NCBI GenBank assembly: GCA_965199955.1
Contig: CBDATQ010000001.1
Span: forward strand, 1,888,001 to 1,952,000
Length of the DNA stretch: 64,000 nt
Reading direction: 5' to 3'
From: Spirochaetia bacterium
GTDB lineage: Bacteria > Spirochaetota > Spirochaetia > SZUA-6 > Bin103
Under the pieces are notes generated by a model that ran no database searches, was not told the DNA's origin, and saw only the letters and a list, made by a program, of their open reading frames with translations. Positions 19,984 to 29,708 of the stretch are shown here, in pieces (the first letter of the stretch is position 1; every line of letters starts with the position of its first letter). The translations under genes and the position numbers were made by a program.

Positions 19984-20967
19984 TTGAGGCTTCCGGTGTC
20001 GCAACCGGCGCCTGCCGAGGCCCCGCCGACCGCGCCCGCGGAGCATCACCGTGCGGCGCTGCGCCGCCAGAAGATCGCGCGGGCGATTCGCATGCGCCAC
20101 GTCTACTCGCTGCTGGTGCTGTCCTTCGGCCTGCTGGTGGTCTTCAAGTACATCCCGATCTACGGGGTGCTGATCGCCTTCAAGGACTTCACCATCCACC
20201 GGGGCATCATCGGCAGCCCCTGGAACGACTTCGAGCACTTCCGCTGGCTGTTCCGCGATCCGTTCTTCTTCCGGGTGCTGTTCAACACCTTCTGGATCAG
20301 CGTCCTGCGCATCGTCTTCTCCTTTCCCATGCCGATCATCCTGGCGCTGATGCTCAACGAGGTGCGCTCGAGCCTGTACAAGCGGACCTCGCAGACGATC
20401 TCCTATCTCCCGCACTTCATCTCCTGGGTGATCCTGGGCGGCATCCTCACCGAGATCCTGTCGCCGCAGCGCGGCATCGCCGGCTATATCTGGACGCTGC
20501 TCGGCTGGGAGCCGGTCAACTGGCTGGCGCGCAAGGAGACCTTTCGCGGGCTGCTGGTGGTGACCGGCATCTGGCAGGGGGTGGGGTGGGGCAGCATCAT
20601 CTACCTGGCCGCGCTCAGCTCGGTCGACCCGACGCTCTACGAGGCGGCGGCCATCGACGGCGCCAACCGCTATCACCAGGCGCGGTACGTCTCGCTGCCG
20701 TCGCTGATTCCCGCGATCGTGATCCTGTTTCTGCTCCAGGTGGGCAACATCCTGGAGGAGTCGTTTCAGCAGATATTCAACCTGTACAACCCGGCGGTGT
20801 ACGAGGTGGCCGACGTGTTCAGCACCTACATCTATCGCTCCGGCATCGAGCAGGCGCGCTATTCCTACTCCACGGCGGTCGGCCTGTTTCAGAACACCGT
20901 CGGCGTGGTGGTGCTGATCGGGGTGAACTGGATCCTGCGCCGCTTCAGCGAGTACGCGATATGGTAG
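19984..20967 (+). CDS. Carbohydrate ABC permease (LplB-like); true start may be the GTG at 19996
   Basis: YIPIYGVLIAFKD, SYLPHFISWV, LYEAAAIDGA. Confidence 0.93.
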   Translation: MRLPVSQPAPAEAPPTAPAEHHRAALRRQKIARAIRMRHVYSLLVLSFGLLVVFKYIPIYGVLIAFKDFTIHRGIIGSPWNDFEHFRWLFRDPFFFRVLFNTFWISVLRIVFSFPMPIILALMLNEVRSSLYKRTSQTISYLPHFISWVILGGILTEILSPQRGIAGYIWTLLGWEPVNWLARKETFRGLLVVTGIWQGVGWGSIIYLAALSSVDPTLYEAAAIDGANRYHQARYVSLPSLIPAIVILFLLQVGNILEESFQQIFNLYNPAVYEVADVFSTYIYRSGIEQARYSYSTAVGLFQNTVGVVVLIGVNWILRRFSEYAIW

Positions 20968-21857
20968 CGACGGCGCTGGGGCGCCGCTCGGCACTGGGCA
21001 TGGCCTTCGACGCGTGCAACTACGGGCTGCTGCTGGTGCTGTCGCTGTCGATCATTTATCCGTTCTGGAACCTGTTCCTGACCTCGTTCTCGCCGGTCGA
21101 GGAGGTGACGTCGCTCGGCATGCACCTCTGGATCGACCGATGGACGGTCTCATCCTGGGGTTTCGTGCTGCAGGAGAACGACGTGCTGCAGGCCTATCTG
21201 AACACCATCCACCGCGTCGTGTTCGGCACGCTGACCACGCTGCTGATCACCTTCAGTGGCGCCTACGCGCTGGCGAAGCGCGACCTGCCGGGCCGGGCCA
21301 CCATCACCACGCTGTTCATCTTCACCCTGTGGTTCGGGGGAGGGCTGATCCCCACCTATCTGCTGATCCGCTCGCTGGGGATGATCAACAGCCGCTGGGT
21401 GCTCGTCATCCCGGTGGCGCTGAACGTCTACTACATCGTCATCGCCCGCAACTTCATGATGACGATCGACCAGTCGCTGGAAGACTCGGCGATCATCGAC
21501 GGCGCCGGCTACTGGACCATCCTGTTCCGGATCGTGCTGCCGGTCTCCAAGCCGGTGCTGGCGACGATCGCGTTGTGGGCGGCGGTGTCGCATTGGAACG
21601 CGTGGTTCGACGCGCTGATCTACCTCAACGACGCCGACAAGCGCGTGCTGCAGATGCTGGTGCGCGACATGATCCAGCTCGTCACCTTCGACGAGCTGCT
21701 CGACTACGTGGAGGACCTCCCGGTCAAGGAGCACATCCCGCCGCAATCCGTGCGCGCGGTGACCATCCTGATCACCATCGGCCCGATCGTGATGGTCTAC
21801 CCGTTCATCCAGAAGTACTTCGTCAAGGGCGTGATGCTCGGATCGCTGAAGGGCTGA
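20961..21857 (+). CDS. Carbohydrate ABC permease (LplC-like)
   Basis: FGGGLIPTY, LEDSAIIDGA, YPFIQKYFVKGVMLGSLKG. Confidence 0.93.
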   Translation: MVATALGRRSALGMAFDACNYGLLLVLSLSIIYPFWNLFLTSFSPVEEVTSLGMHLWIDRWTVSSWGFVLQENDVLQAYLNTIHRVVFGTLTTLLITFSGAYALAKRDLPGRATITTLFIFTLWFGGGLIPTYLLIRSLGMINSRWVLVIPVALNVYYIVIARNFMMTIDQSLEDSAIIDGAGYWTILFRIVLPVSKPVLATIALWAAVSHWNAWFDALIYLNDADKRVLQMLVRDMIQLVTFDELLDYVEDLPVKEHIPPQSVRAVTILITIGPIVMVYPFIQKYFVKGVMLGSLKG

Positions 21858-21867
21858 GGCATCCGGG

Positions 21868-23478
21868 TCAGTCGGCGCCGGCGAAGCGGAAGCCGAACAC
21901 GTAACTGTTGCGCATGAAGAAGCGGATGTAGACCGCCTGCCCGACCAGCGCGCTCAGGTCCTTGCCGCTCCAGGTGATCGGCGTGGCGGTGTCGTCCATG
22001 TGGTTGGGGTCGCACTCGGCGAAAGTGTAGCCGGGTATGGCATGGCCGGCCCGATCGACCAGCTCGGTGTGCAGCGACCCGTGCCACTCGCGGCTGAAGG
22101 CGCGGTGCTCGGCGGAGCAGTTCACCAGCAGCCGCGGACCTCCGACCTTCACCTCGCGCGACAGCAGGTGGCCGCCGGTGACGCCGCCGTGGTAGCCGAC
22201 GAAGCGGTCGCGCCGGATGCGGGCCAGGCCGATGGCGCGGTTGTTGTCCGGGAAGCGGTAGCGCCACGGCCGCGAGGACCCGGAGTAGTACATATAGAGC
22301 CACTCGCCGTACGGGATCGCGGCGCGGATCGACCAGACGTGGCCGGCGTCCCAGCTTCCTTCCTGCCCGCGCGGCAGGAACGGTTTGCGATCGCGCGGCC
22401 GGTACCACTGCATGCCGTCCGGGCTGGCGGTGAGCTCGATCCAGGAGTGGCCGGTGCCGTCGCGCGGCTGCACGCCCAGGTAGCCCAGGTACTGCGATCC
22501 GTACGGCTGCATGGTCATGTGGTCGAAGAACATCTGTTCTTCGTCGTCCGCGGCGTCCGGCATCAGCACCTCGCGCGGCGGGTACCAGGTCTTCAGGTCG
22601 GGGCTGACGTGGATGCTGATCCGGGTGCGCACGTTCTCCACCGCGCCGGCGCGGCCGATGCCGGCGATGCCGGCCTCCGCGCTGCCGGGCACCTCCTCCC
22701 CCGCGCCGATGCCGCCGGCCAGGGTCAGCGCCCGGCCGCTGCGCAGCGCGCGGCCGATGAGCCCCTGGAGCTGCTCGGTGGCCGCGCGCGCGAACGGGCG
22801 TCCGCTCATGATCCAGTGCTCGACCCGCGCGTCCCAGTACAGGTTGTACTTGCTGTCGAGCGCCGGATGCAGCGGGTTGCCCTCATAGATGCGCCAGTCG
22901 ACGCCGTCGTCGCTGAAGGCCAGGCAGACCGCGTCCTTGACCGGGTAGTCGTTGAGGTCGGCCTGCGCGTACTCGCGGTGGGCGACGTCCTTGTAGACGC
23001 ACATGAAGCGTCCGCGGTCGACCATCGGCGCCGGCGTCCAGGTGACCGAGAACTCCTGGCACCGCTCGCGGCCGGTCAGCACGATGTTGGTGCGTTCGAA
23101 GCCGCGGTAGGGAAAGCGGTCGGTCAGTGGCTTGCGCCAGTGCACGCCGTCGTCGCTCTCGGCGTAGGACATCAGGTAGGGGCCGTACTCGTCGGCTGCC
23201 GGGGCCCTGCCGGAGAGCCCCTTGGTCCAGACGCTGGAGCTGGCCAGCACGTACCACATGCGGAACAGGTTCTCCTCTTCGTCGTAGAGGACGTTGGGGC
23301 CGCCCGCGGTCCGCTCCCACGGCAGGTCGGCCACCAGCACCGGATTGTGCGGATGGCGCACCGCCTCGTTCTGGACGCGCGTGGCGTCCCAGCGGTCCTC
23401 GATGGCGAAGTCGTCCAGGAACAGGTGCAGGTCGTGCCCTGGATCGTCGGGCGTGCCGCGAAAGTAAGCAGGGATCAT
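21868..23478 (-). CDS. Five-bladed beta-propeller glycoside-hydrolase-like protein (GH32/43/130-like)
   Basis: AGGAGG RBS; NPVLVADLPWE; repeated Asp boxes (YAESDDGVHW, FSDDGVDW, SPDLKTW, SPDGMQW). Confidence 0.75.
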   Translation of the reverse strand: MIPAYFRGTPDDPGHDLHLFLDDFAIEDRWDATRVQNEAVRHPHNPVLVADLPWERTAGGPNVLYDEEENLFRMWYVLASSSVWTKGLSGRAPAADEYGPYLMSYAESDDGVHWRKPLTDRFPYRGFERTNIVLTGRERCQEFSVTWTPAPMVDRGRFMCVYKDVAHREYAQADLNDYPVKDAVCLAFSDDGVDWRIYEGNPLHPALDSKYNLYWDARVEHWIMSGRPFARAATEQLQGLIGRALRSGRALTLAGGIGAGEEVPGSAEAGIAGIGRAGAVENVRTRISIHVSPDLKTWYPPREVLMPDAADDEEQMFFDHMTMQPYGSQYLGYLGVQPRDGTGHSWIELTASPDGMQWYRPRDRKPFLPRGQEGSWDAGHVWSIRAAIPYGEWLYMYYSGSSRPWRYRFPDNNRAIGLARIRRDRFVGYHGGVTGGHLLSREVKVGGPRLLVNCSAEHRAFSREWHGSLHTELVDRAGHAIPGYTFAECDPNHMDDTATPITWSGKDLSALVGQAVYIRFFMRNSYVFGFRFAGAD

Positions 23479-23583
23479 GACTCCTCCTCGCCACGTGTGG
23501 CTGCGGACATGGTCGCGGGTTGGACGCCGCAAGTCCATGAGCGCGGCCGGGGCGAGACATTCGCCGTTTGATAGGATGCTCGC

Positions 23584-25377
23584 GTGTCCTCACCGGATGC
23601 TCCGAGCGACGATCTCCCGCTATTCCCGGCGATCCCCTACGGGCGCGCCTACTTCAAGGGCATCCGCACGGACGGCTGCCTGTACGTTGACAAGACGCGC
23701 TTCCTGCACGCGTTGGAGCAGGAGCGCTTCGTGTTCTTCATCCGTCCGCGGCGCTTCGGCAAGACCTGCTGGCTGTCGATGCTGGAGAGCTACTACGACC
23801 GCAACCAGGCGGACGATTTCGAGCGGGTGTTCGGCGGCCTGGACATCTGCCGGCGGCCGACCCCGAACCGCGGCCGCTACGTGGTCATGCGCTTCAACTT
23901 CTCCACCTTCGGCAGCGATCCGGCCAGACTGGAACGGGAGTTCGACGAGTACTGCCGCAGGCACGTCCGGGACGCTGTGGAGGACAATCCCGACCTCTTC
24001 CCGGGCGCGGCGTTCGACCGCATCCAGGCCCCGCCCACCGTCAACGGTCAGCTCGACGAGCTGTTCCTGCACGCCCGGCGCGAGGGGATACCGCTCTACG
24101 TCCTGATCGACGAGTACGACAACTTCGCCAACACGATCCTCGCGGGCGAGGGAGCGGAGGCATACCACGCGTTCACCCACGGCGGCGGCTTCTACCGCAG
24201 CTTCTTCGCGACGCTCAAGGCCGGCACCGAGAACGGCAGCGTGGAGCGCCTGTTCGTCACGGGGGTCTCGCCGGTGACCATGGACGACGTCACGAGCGGC
24301 TTCAACATCGGCGCCAACCTGAGCCTCCGGCCCGAGTTCAACGAGATGCTCGGCTTCACCGAGGACGAGGTGCGGCGCGTGGTGGAGACGTACCGGGACC
24401 TGGGCGTGTTCGACCAGGACGTCGAGACGGCGCTGGGCACAATGCGCGAGTGGTACAATGGCTACCGGTTCTCGGAAGAGGCGGAGGGCATCGTCTACAA
24501 CACCGACATGGTGCTCCACTACATGAAGCACTCCGTGCCCAACAGGGCCGGCCCGCGACAGTTGATCGACAGCAACGTGCGCATCGACTACGGAAAGCTG
24601 CGCCACCTGCTGCTCACCGGGCGGCAGTTGAACGGCAACTTCGACCTGCTGCGCCGGGTGATCGCCGAGGGACGGGCTGACAGCGAGATCGCCGAGACGT
24701 TTCCGCAGGCGCGGCTGACAGATCCGGAGAACTTCATCTCCCTGCTGCACTACTTCGGACTGCTGAGCATCCGCGACGTGGCCGCCCGCGTGCCGCGTCT
24801 GGGCATTCCCAACCAGACCGTGCGGCGGCTGATGTACAGCTACCTGCGCGACGCCTACGGGGACGTGGGCGTGTTCTCGCTGAATCTCGTGGAGTTCGAC
24901 CGGCTCACGCGGCGGATGGCGCTGGAGGGCGACTGGCGGCCGGCCGTCAAGCGGCTGTGCCAGGCGGTGACCGAGCACACCGGCATTCGCGACTACATCC
25001 GGGGAGAGAAGGTCCTGCAAGGATTCCTCGCGGCGTACTTGAGCGCATCGGAGTATTTCGTGTTCCACACGGAGCAGGAGCTGGCGAAGGGCTATGCGGA
25101 CATCGTGCTGGAGCCGCTCGTCGCGCGCTATCCGGGCATGCGGTACGGCTTCGTGATCGAGCTGAAGTACCTGAGTCGCGGTCCCGACACGGAGACACGG
25201 GTGACGGCGGTGGCCGATGATGCCCTTTCGCAGTTACGTGCCTATCTGGCGGACAGGCGGCTGGAGCAGCAGTACCCGGACGTGGAGTTCAAGGGCGTGG
25301 CGCTGGTGTTCCGCGGCTGGGAGCTCGTGTATGGCGAGGAGGTGACGGGCGTCGACGCGCGTTCGGATCGGGGATAG
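23584..25377 (+). CDS. AAA-ATPase-like protein with C-terminal PD-(D/E)XK nuclease domain
   Basis: IPYG, YVDKT, RPRRFGKT, LIDEYD, WYNGYRF; C-terminal GYADIVL...VIELKY. Confidence 0.92.
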   Translation: MSSPDAPSDDLPLFPAIPYGRAYFKGIRTDGCLYVDKTRFLHALEQERFVFFIRPRRFGKTCWLSMLESYYDRNQADDFERVFGGLDICRRPTPNRGRYVVMRFNFSTFGSDPARLEREFDEYCRRHVRDAVEDNPDLFPGAAFDRIQAPPTVNGQLDELFLHARREGIPLYVLIDEYDNFANTILAGEGAEAYHAFTHGGGFYRSFFATLKAGTENGSVERLFVTGVSPVTMDDVTSGFNIGANLSLRPEFNEMLGFTEDEVRRVVETYRDLGVFDQDVETALGTMREWYNGYRFSEEAEGIVYNTDMVLHYMKHSVPNRAGPRQLIDSNVRIDYGKLRHLLLTGRQLNGNFDLLRRVIAEGRADSEIAETFPQARLTDPENFISLLHYFGLLSIRDVAARVPRLGIPNQTVRRLMYSYLRDAYGDVGVFSLNLVEFDRLTRRMALEGDWRPAVKRLCQAVTEHTGIRDYIRGEKVLQGFLAAYLSASEYFVFHTEQELAKGYADIVLEPLVARYPGMRYGFVIELKYLSRGPDTETRVTAVADDALSQLRAYLADRRLEQQYPDVEFKGVALVFRGWELVYGEEVTGVDARSDRG

Positions 25378-25458
25378 TCAGGCTCGCCGGGCGCATCCTC
25401 GGGACGGTGGTGGCGGTGGTCGGTGTGAATGCAATATTAGCGACGGAGGTCAGCAGCC

Positions 25459-25692
25459 GTGGGCGAGGACAGGATCGAGATCAACGCACAGGTGATGATG
25501 GGAAAGCCGGTGATACGGGGCACCCGAGTCACCGTTGAGCTACTTCTGCGAAAGCTGAGCGAGGGAGCGTCAGAGGACGACCTGCTCAAGGCGTATCCGC
25601 GGATCACTCGCGCGGATTTGCGAGCCGCCGTCCGGTTTGCCGCCGAGACGCTCGCCAACGACGAGACGATATTCGTTGGTCATTCCCGTTAG
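25459..25692 (+). CDS. DUF433 family putative antitoxin (orphan)
   Basis: MMGKPVIRGTRVTVE...YPRIT; GGAGG RBS. Confidence 0.9.
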   Translation: MGEDRIEINAQVMMGKPVIRGTRVTVELLLRKLSEGASEDDLLKAYPRITRADLRAAVRFAAETLANDETIFVGHSR

Positions 25693-25827
25693 CAGGTGGC
25701 GCTCTGTGGAGTTGAGCCGTAGTGGAGTACCCACGCCTCTCTTGGTCACGTGAACTCCGGTGGGGCCGCTGGTGGCGTACTCGTCTCCGACCTACGTAAG
25801 ATCGGGTTCCAGGGGCAAGGGCGGAAC

Positions 25828-26634
25828 ATGACGGATCGATCGAGGAGAGTGACCGAGCAGGACATCTCCTTCTTTCAGGAGCGGGGATACATCCGCTATG
25901 AGGGTTTCTTCTCCGCCGCGGAGATGGACGAGCTGCGCGACGCGATCGATCGCGCGATCGCCCGGAACCGCGAGCGCATCAGGGGAGTGGAGGGCGGCGG
26001 GCGCGTCTCGGAGGAGTACGAGCGCGTATTCAACCAGATGGTCAACCTGTGGACGGACTGTCCGGCGGCGAAGACGTTCGCCTTCCACGCCGAGCTCGCC
26101 GAGGCAGGGCGGCGACTGTCGGCCTGCCGTCACGTGCGCATCTACCACGACCACGCCATGGTCAAGCCGCCGGGCCAGAGCAGCCGGGCGACCAACTGGC
26201 ACCAGGACGCACCGTACTGGCGGATGGACCCGGTCGGCTCGTTCTCGGCCTGGATCGCCGTGGACGACGTCACCGTGGACAACGGCTGCCTGCACTTCGT
26301 GCCGGGATCGCACCGCTACGGCCGGCAGGAGCCGATCTCGCTCACGGTGGCGGAGGAGAGCATCATCGACCGGATGCAGGAACAGGGGTTCTCGGTGGCC
26401 GAGCCGGTCTCCATGGAGATGGCCGCCGGCGGCGTCACCTTCCACCACGGCTGCACCTTCCACTACGCCGGGCCGAACCGCACCGGCACCCCGCGGCGGA
26501 CATTCGCGATCATCTACATACCGGACTACGTGACGTTTACCGGTGGCAATGACGCTGCCGGCGCGGCGGACGAGATGACGGCCGGCGGCCCTTGGGACCA
26601 TCCGGTCCATCCGATCCTGGCGGGCGATCCGTGA
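25828..26634 (+). CDS. PhyH family Fe(II)/2OG dioxygenase
   Basis: WHQD...H triad, NGCLHFVPGSH. Confidence 0.9.
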   Translation: MTDRSRRVTEQDISFFQERGYIRYEGFFSAAEMDELRDAIDRAIARNRERIRGVEGGGRVSEEYERVFNQMVNLWTDCPAAKTFAFHAELAEAGRRLSACRHVRIYHDHAMVKPPGQSSRATNWHQDAPYWRMDPVGSFSAWIAVDDVTVDNGCLHFVPGSHRYGRQEPISLTVAEESIIDRMQEQGFSVAEPVSMEMAAGGVTFHHGCTFHYAGPNRTGTPRRTFAIIYIPDYVTFTGGNDAAGAADEMTAGGPWDHPVHPILAGDP

Positions 26635-26644
26635 GGAGCGGCAG

Positions 26645-26797
26645 ATGTACTTCGATGCAAGCCTGGACCCCTTCAAGATCGAGTTCCTGCGGCCGGAAGA
26701 GTTGCGCCGGCGGCTCGATGCCTGTCCGGTGGCGTTCGTCCCGCTCGGCACCCTGGAGTGGCACGGCCACCACAACCCGAGTCGGACGCGACGGTGA
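26645..26797 (+). pseudogene. Creatininase-family N-terminal remnant
   Basis: MYFDASLDPFKIEFLRPEE...VPLGTLEWHGHHNP, then a frameshift (VGRD continues in the +1 frame) and truncation. Confidence 0.75.
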
Positions 26798-26872
26798 CTG
26801 TGGTCCGTATCCTCCAGACCGAATGGACATCCCGGCGCGGCTCAGTGACGCCCGGTGGTGGGTAGTGCGACT

Positions 26873-28872
26873 TAGCCCGAAGTTCCAGAGCGTGAATCTC
26901 TCGTAACTTCATTGACAGAAATTAGTTGAAAGGTGATCTGCGTGCTGATTGGCGTCGTTTCGTGTCCATGTAGATGGTGGTGAATAGCGGCGAGATACAT
27001 GCTATTTGATCTTGACATATCGTGACTTGTGTGTATTCTGTTGCCACAGATCAGTAGTCATGTACATCGAGTCTGTCCCCAACCGCTCCTCTCCCCCTGC
27101 CATCCTGCTCCGCGAGTCCTACCGCGAGCACGGCAAGGTCAAGAAGCGCACGCTCGCGAACCTCTCCAAATGGCCCCCTGATCTGGTCGACGGCTTGCGC
27201 ACCCTGCTCAAGGGCGGCCACGCCTTCGCCTCGGTCTCGGATGCGTTGCTGCTCACGCGCTCGCTGCCCCACGGCCACGTCGCCGCCGTGCTGGGCATCC
27301 TCAAGCAGCTCGGACTCCATACCCTCATCGCCCGCAAGGCCAGCCGCTCGCGCGAGCTGATCATCGCCATGATCACCGCCCGCGTCATCGACGCGCAGTC
27401 CAAACTGGCCACCGCCCGCGCGCTCTCACCGCCCAGCGCCGTGTCCACCCTGGGCGAGTCGCTGCGGTTGGGGGAGGTCGATGAGAACGAGCTCTACGAG
27501 GCGATGGACTGGTTGGTCGGGCGCCAGGCGGCGATCGAGGACCGCCTGGCCGAACAGCACCTCAGCGAGCACACGCTGGTGCTCTACGACGTGAGCTCGA
27601 CCTACTTCGAGGGCAGCCACTGCGAGCTGGCGCAGTTGGGACACAGCCGTGACGGCAAGTCGGGCACGCTGCAGATCGTGTTCGGGCTGCTGTGCACCCA
27701 GGAAGGCTGTCCGGTGGCGGTGGAGGTATTCCCTGGCTCTACCGCCGACCCGAAGACGGTGAGCGCGCAGGTGGACAAGATCCGCACCCGCTTCGGGCTC
27801 ACGCGGGTGGTGCTGGTCGGCGACCGCGGGATGCTGAGCGCGGCGAGGATCCGCGAGGACCTGCAAGAGGTGGAGGGGCTGCGCTGGATCACCACGCTGC
27901 GCGCGCCGACGATCCGCAAGCTGGTGGCCGCCGGCGAGGTGGCGCCGTCGTTGTTCGACGAGCGCGACCTGGCCGAGATCACCAGCGAGGAGTTTCCGGG
28001 CGAGCGGCTGATCGTGTGCCGCAACCCGTTGCTGGCCGACGAACGGGAGCGCAAGCGCCAGGAGCTGCTACAGGCCACCGAGCAGAAGCTGGCCCCGATC
28101 GCTCAGGCCACCCAGCGCGTCCATCAGCCGCTACGGGGCGAGGCCGAGATCGGCATGCGGGTCGGCAAGGTGATCAATCACTACAAGGTGGGCAAGCACT
28201 TCGTGACCGAGATCACCTCCGAGTCGTTCAGCTTTCGGCGCGATGAGGCCAAGATCGACGCCGAGCAGGCGCTGGACGGGCTGTACATCGTGCGCAGCAA
28301 CGTGGAGCCGCAGGTGCTCGACGCGGCGCAGACGGTGCGCGCCTACAAGGGGCTGTCGAAGGTGGAGCGGGCGTTTCGGTGCATGAAGTCCGTGGACCTG
28401 AAGGTGCGCCCGATTCACCACCGGCGCGCCGATCGGGTGCGGGCGCACGTGCTGCTGTGCATGCTGGCCTACTACGTGGAGTGGCACATGCGGCGCTCGC
28501 TGGCGCCGTTGCTGTTCGACGATCACGATCGACAGGGCGCCGAGCGCAAGCGGGTCTCCGAAGTGGCGCCGGCGCAGCGATCGGCGGCCGCGGCGGCCAA
28601 GGCGTCGAGCAAGCGCACCGAGGACGGGTTGCCGGTGCACAGCTTTCGCACGCTGATCACTGAACTGGGCACGCTGACGGCGAACACGATGCAGGTTGCA
28701 GAGGGCGGCAGCACGTTCACGCTGCACACGCACCCGACACCGGTTCAGCAGCGCTGTTTCGAGCTGCTTGGGGTCACGCCCCGCATGTAGCCATGCACAG
28801 GAACCTGCACCATTGAGAAACTACCCTGACCACAAGGACTTCAGGCAATTTCGCTCCTGGAACTTCGGGCTA
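26873..28872 (+). mobile_element. IS1634-family insertion sequence (about 2.0 kb)
   Basis: Terminal inverted repeats tagcccgaagttccag / ctggaacttcgggcta enclose a transposase; the same ends recur at 60681 and 61838. Confidence 0.9.
27060..28790 (+). CDS. IS1634 family DDE transposase
   Basis: MYIESVPNR...LLRESYRE, LYDVSSTYFEG, VGDRGM, YKGLSKVERAFR. Confidence 0.92.
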   Translation: MYIESVPNRSSPPAILLRESYREHGKVKKRTLANLSKWPPDLVDGLRTLLKGGHAFASVSDALLLTRSLPHGHVAAVLGILKQLGLHTLIARKASRSRELIIAMITARVIDAQSKLATARALSPPSAVSTLGESLRLGEVDENELYEAMDWLVGRQAAIEDRLAEQHLSEHTLVLYDVSSTYFEGSHCELAQLGHSRDGKSGTLQIVFGLLCTQEGCPVAVEVFPGSTADPKTVSAQVDKIRTRFGLTRVVLVGDRGMLSAARIREDLQEVEGLRWITTLRAPTIRKLVAAGEVAPSLFDERDLAEITSEEFPGERLIVCRNPLLADERERKRQELLQATEQKLAPIAQATQRVHQPLRGEAEIGMRVGKVINHYKVGKHFVTEITSESFSFRRDEAKIDAEQALDGLYIVRSNVEPQVLDAAQTVRAYKGLSKVERAFRCMKSVDLKVRPIHHRRADRVRAHVLLCMLAYYVEWHMRRSLAPLLFDDHDRQGAERKRVSEVAPAQRSAAAAAKASSKRTEDGLPVHSFRTLITELGTLTANTMQVAEGGSTFTLHTHPTPVQQRCFELLGVTPRM

Positions 28873-29307
28873 AGCGACCGCCTCGTCTCAGGAGGCTCGC
28901 CGTCGCGACCAGGAACGGAGCCCACGACGAGGTCAGTCCTGAGAATCGAGCGCCCAGAGACCTGCAGAGACGCAAGGCACGAGCGCGCAACGGCCCGTTG
29001 AAGGTCTGATATCGGATGAACGGTGGATTGCCGGCCGCACACTCGAAGCGCTCGTCGGTATCGGATGCCCACGTGAAGAAATCGCTTCGGTAGATCCGTG
29101 CAAGCGGCGCACGGCGCTTGGCCGTCGCTACTGCATGTCCATCCCGCTCGATTCCAACGCTGTTTGGGTGATAGGCTACGAAACGACCGTCGCCACAGGA
29201 CGGGTCCAGAAGACGGTCGGTGTCGGCGTGCACTGACAGCGAACCAGTGTCGAAACAACGGGTTCCGGAGTGTAGTACGCGCCGGTGTCCTTTTGGAGAG
29301 AACTCAC
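28873..29307 (-). pseudogene. N6-adenine DNA methyltransferase remnant, frameshifted and truncated at the IS
   Basis: GAYYTP, frameshift near 29235, LLDPSCGDG (motif I), GNPPF (motif IV), LLRRGGR running directly into the IS end. Confidence 0.85.
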
Positions 29308-29335
29308 CGGGAGTTCGGGACCATCATCGGCGATG

Positions 29336-29641
29336 TCAGGTGGCGAGAGGGGTTCCAGTCCGTCGAGCAACGGCTGCAGCACAGCAGATGCCGCCATCTT
29401 CAACGGAAAACAACGTACGCACGTGTTCTTCCTCGAAGCGTCCGTAGAGCTGACCGATCGCAGCACTCAGAAAAGCTGGCGTCAAGGTATTGACGCCACG
29501 GAACGACAATACCGTCCGCCGCCCTTCGTCCAACTCGCGAGCAAGGCGTCCGTACAAGGCATGCCCGTCATGGGAAGCGACACAAAGAGGGCTTCCCGTT
29601 TCGTTAAGAACGGAGAGTCGCATAGTCTCTTGTTCTGCCAT
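29336..29641 (-). CDS. STAS-like (DUF4325) domain protein, C-terminus possibly degraded
   Basis: CVASHDG...LSFRGV..LTPAFLSAAIGQLYG. Confidence 0.75.
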   Translation of the reverse strand: MAEQETMRLSVLNETGSPLCVASHDGHALYGRLARELDEGRRTVLSFRGVNTLTPAFLSAAIGQLYGRFEEEHVRTLFSVEDGGICCAAAVARRTGTPLAT

Positions 29642-29708
29642 GGAACATCCTTGTCTTCGCACCGCGCTGGCCTCTGCTGGCTACTATGCTCCGTGCGGCG
29701 CCTGCGCT

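Noticed and set aside
18031..20994. 987-aa minus-strand ORF and many other long antisense or alternate-frame ORFs
   Set aside because: They mirror well-supported genes, as expected from high-GC codon bias, and show no family motifs.
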